DNA of 64,000 nucleotides, from positions 4,650,001 through 4,714,000 of the forward strand of contig NC_134031.1 of NCBI RefSeq assembly GCF_964204645.1, written 5' to 3'. Positions 63,420-64,000 of the stretch are shown one piece after another. Source of the stretch: Tubulanus polymorphus (Eukaryota; Animalia; Nemertea). The position numbers and the translations under genes are program-made. A model generated the notes under the pieces. That model was not told the origin of the DNA, ran no database searches, and saw only the letters and a program-made list of their open reading frames with translations. Numbering within the stretch: the stretch's first letter is position 1; each line of letters starts with the position of its first letter.

Positions 63420-64000
63420 TTATATTGGCAGAATCATATAAAATTCAAGTGTCTCTCACATAACGCGCTACTGTTAACACTTGACACTGAGAGCCCAAAA
63501 GTTTGACCATTAAATTTATCTTTGAACTGATTATTGGAATCATAAAGTCAATCCTAGGAGGTCTATAAATTGAAACGAAACACAGGATTTCTATAAACGA
63601 TTTCTTAAAATGCACATACAATCAAACCCTCTGAATCAGCTTATCCCAGATTAAGATCTAATTGAGATATTATTGACAATCCACATATATATATATAAAT
63701 ATAGTGCATAAAATATGATGTTTAATCTGGTTTTTCTGACTTTCGTATATTAGCACCCATTACTGGCATAATTTCATTCAGAACTACTAGGAAACTAAAT
63801 GAATTTTGTCGGTCGCAACTAATCCAAATTAAGCGAGGTTTGCCTGTACTCATCATCTGGACTAATATAATATGCGCGGGTACGATAAACAAAATTTCAG
63901 TCATACCAATCCCTAGTTTAGGAATTGCTGATCCTTCCGATCGTCGGCAGTTTTCGGTTTCTATCACAATATTTTCATAGAACGAATATTATGTGGTTTA

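Overview
Eukaryotic, intron-rich animal DNA (AT-rich, GT-AG introns, many MITEs and one SINE); probably an invertebrate, but the taxon cannot be fixed from the sequence. The genes were reconstructed by hand from splice signals and reading-frame phase. (1) The 5' end of a minus-strand LIM-domain gene with up to four phase-matched alternative first coding exons (20970-30910); the rest was not located and probably lies in or beyond the largely non-coding 1-20 kb region. (2) A candidate small secreted protein nested antisense in one of its introns (28463-29342). (3) A complete 13-exon plus-strand gene (33882-41406, 837 aa) with an unusual architecture: ARM repeats - Tudor - ARM repeats - Schlafen/AlbA_2 (SLFNL1-type) - coiled coil. 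Both the Tudor cage and the Schlafen catalytic motif look degenerate. This is the standout, as it combines in one chain the two domain types that link the nematode PUCH piRNA nuclease to PETISCO. (4) The PH-ArfGAP-ankyrin part of a minus-strand ACAP/centaurin-beta gene (45192-50749), whose BAR exons were not found in the window. (5) The large first coding exon of a signal-peptide LRR gene (61693-63132, +), apparently nested antisense in the ACAP intron. Non-coding highlights: two inverted-repeat elements with Penelope-type minimal hammerhead motifs, several Harbinger-like MITE families with CWG flanks (including a filled/empty paralogous site pair), nested MITEs, a tRNA-derived SINE and long perfect palindromes. 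Family assignments come from motif recognition, not database searches.
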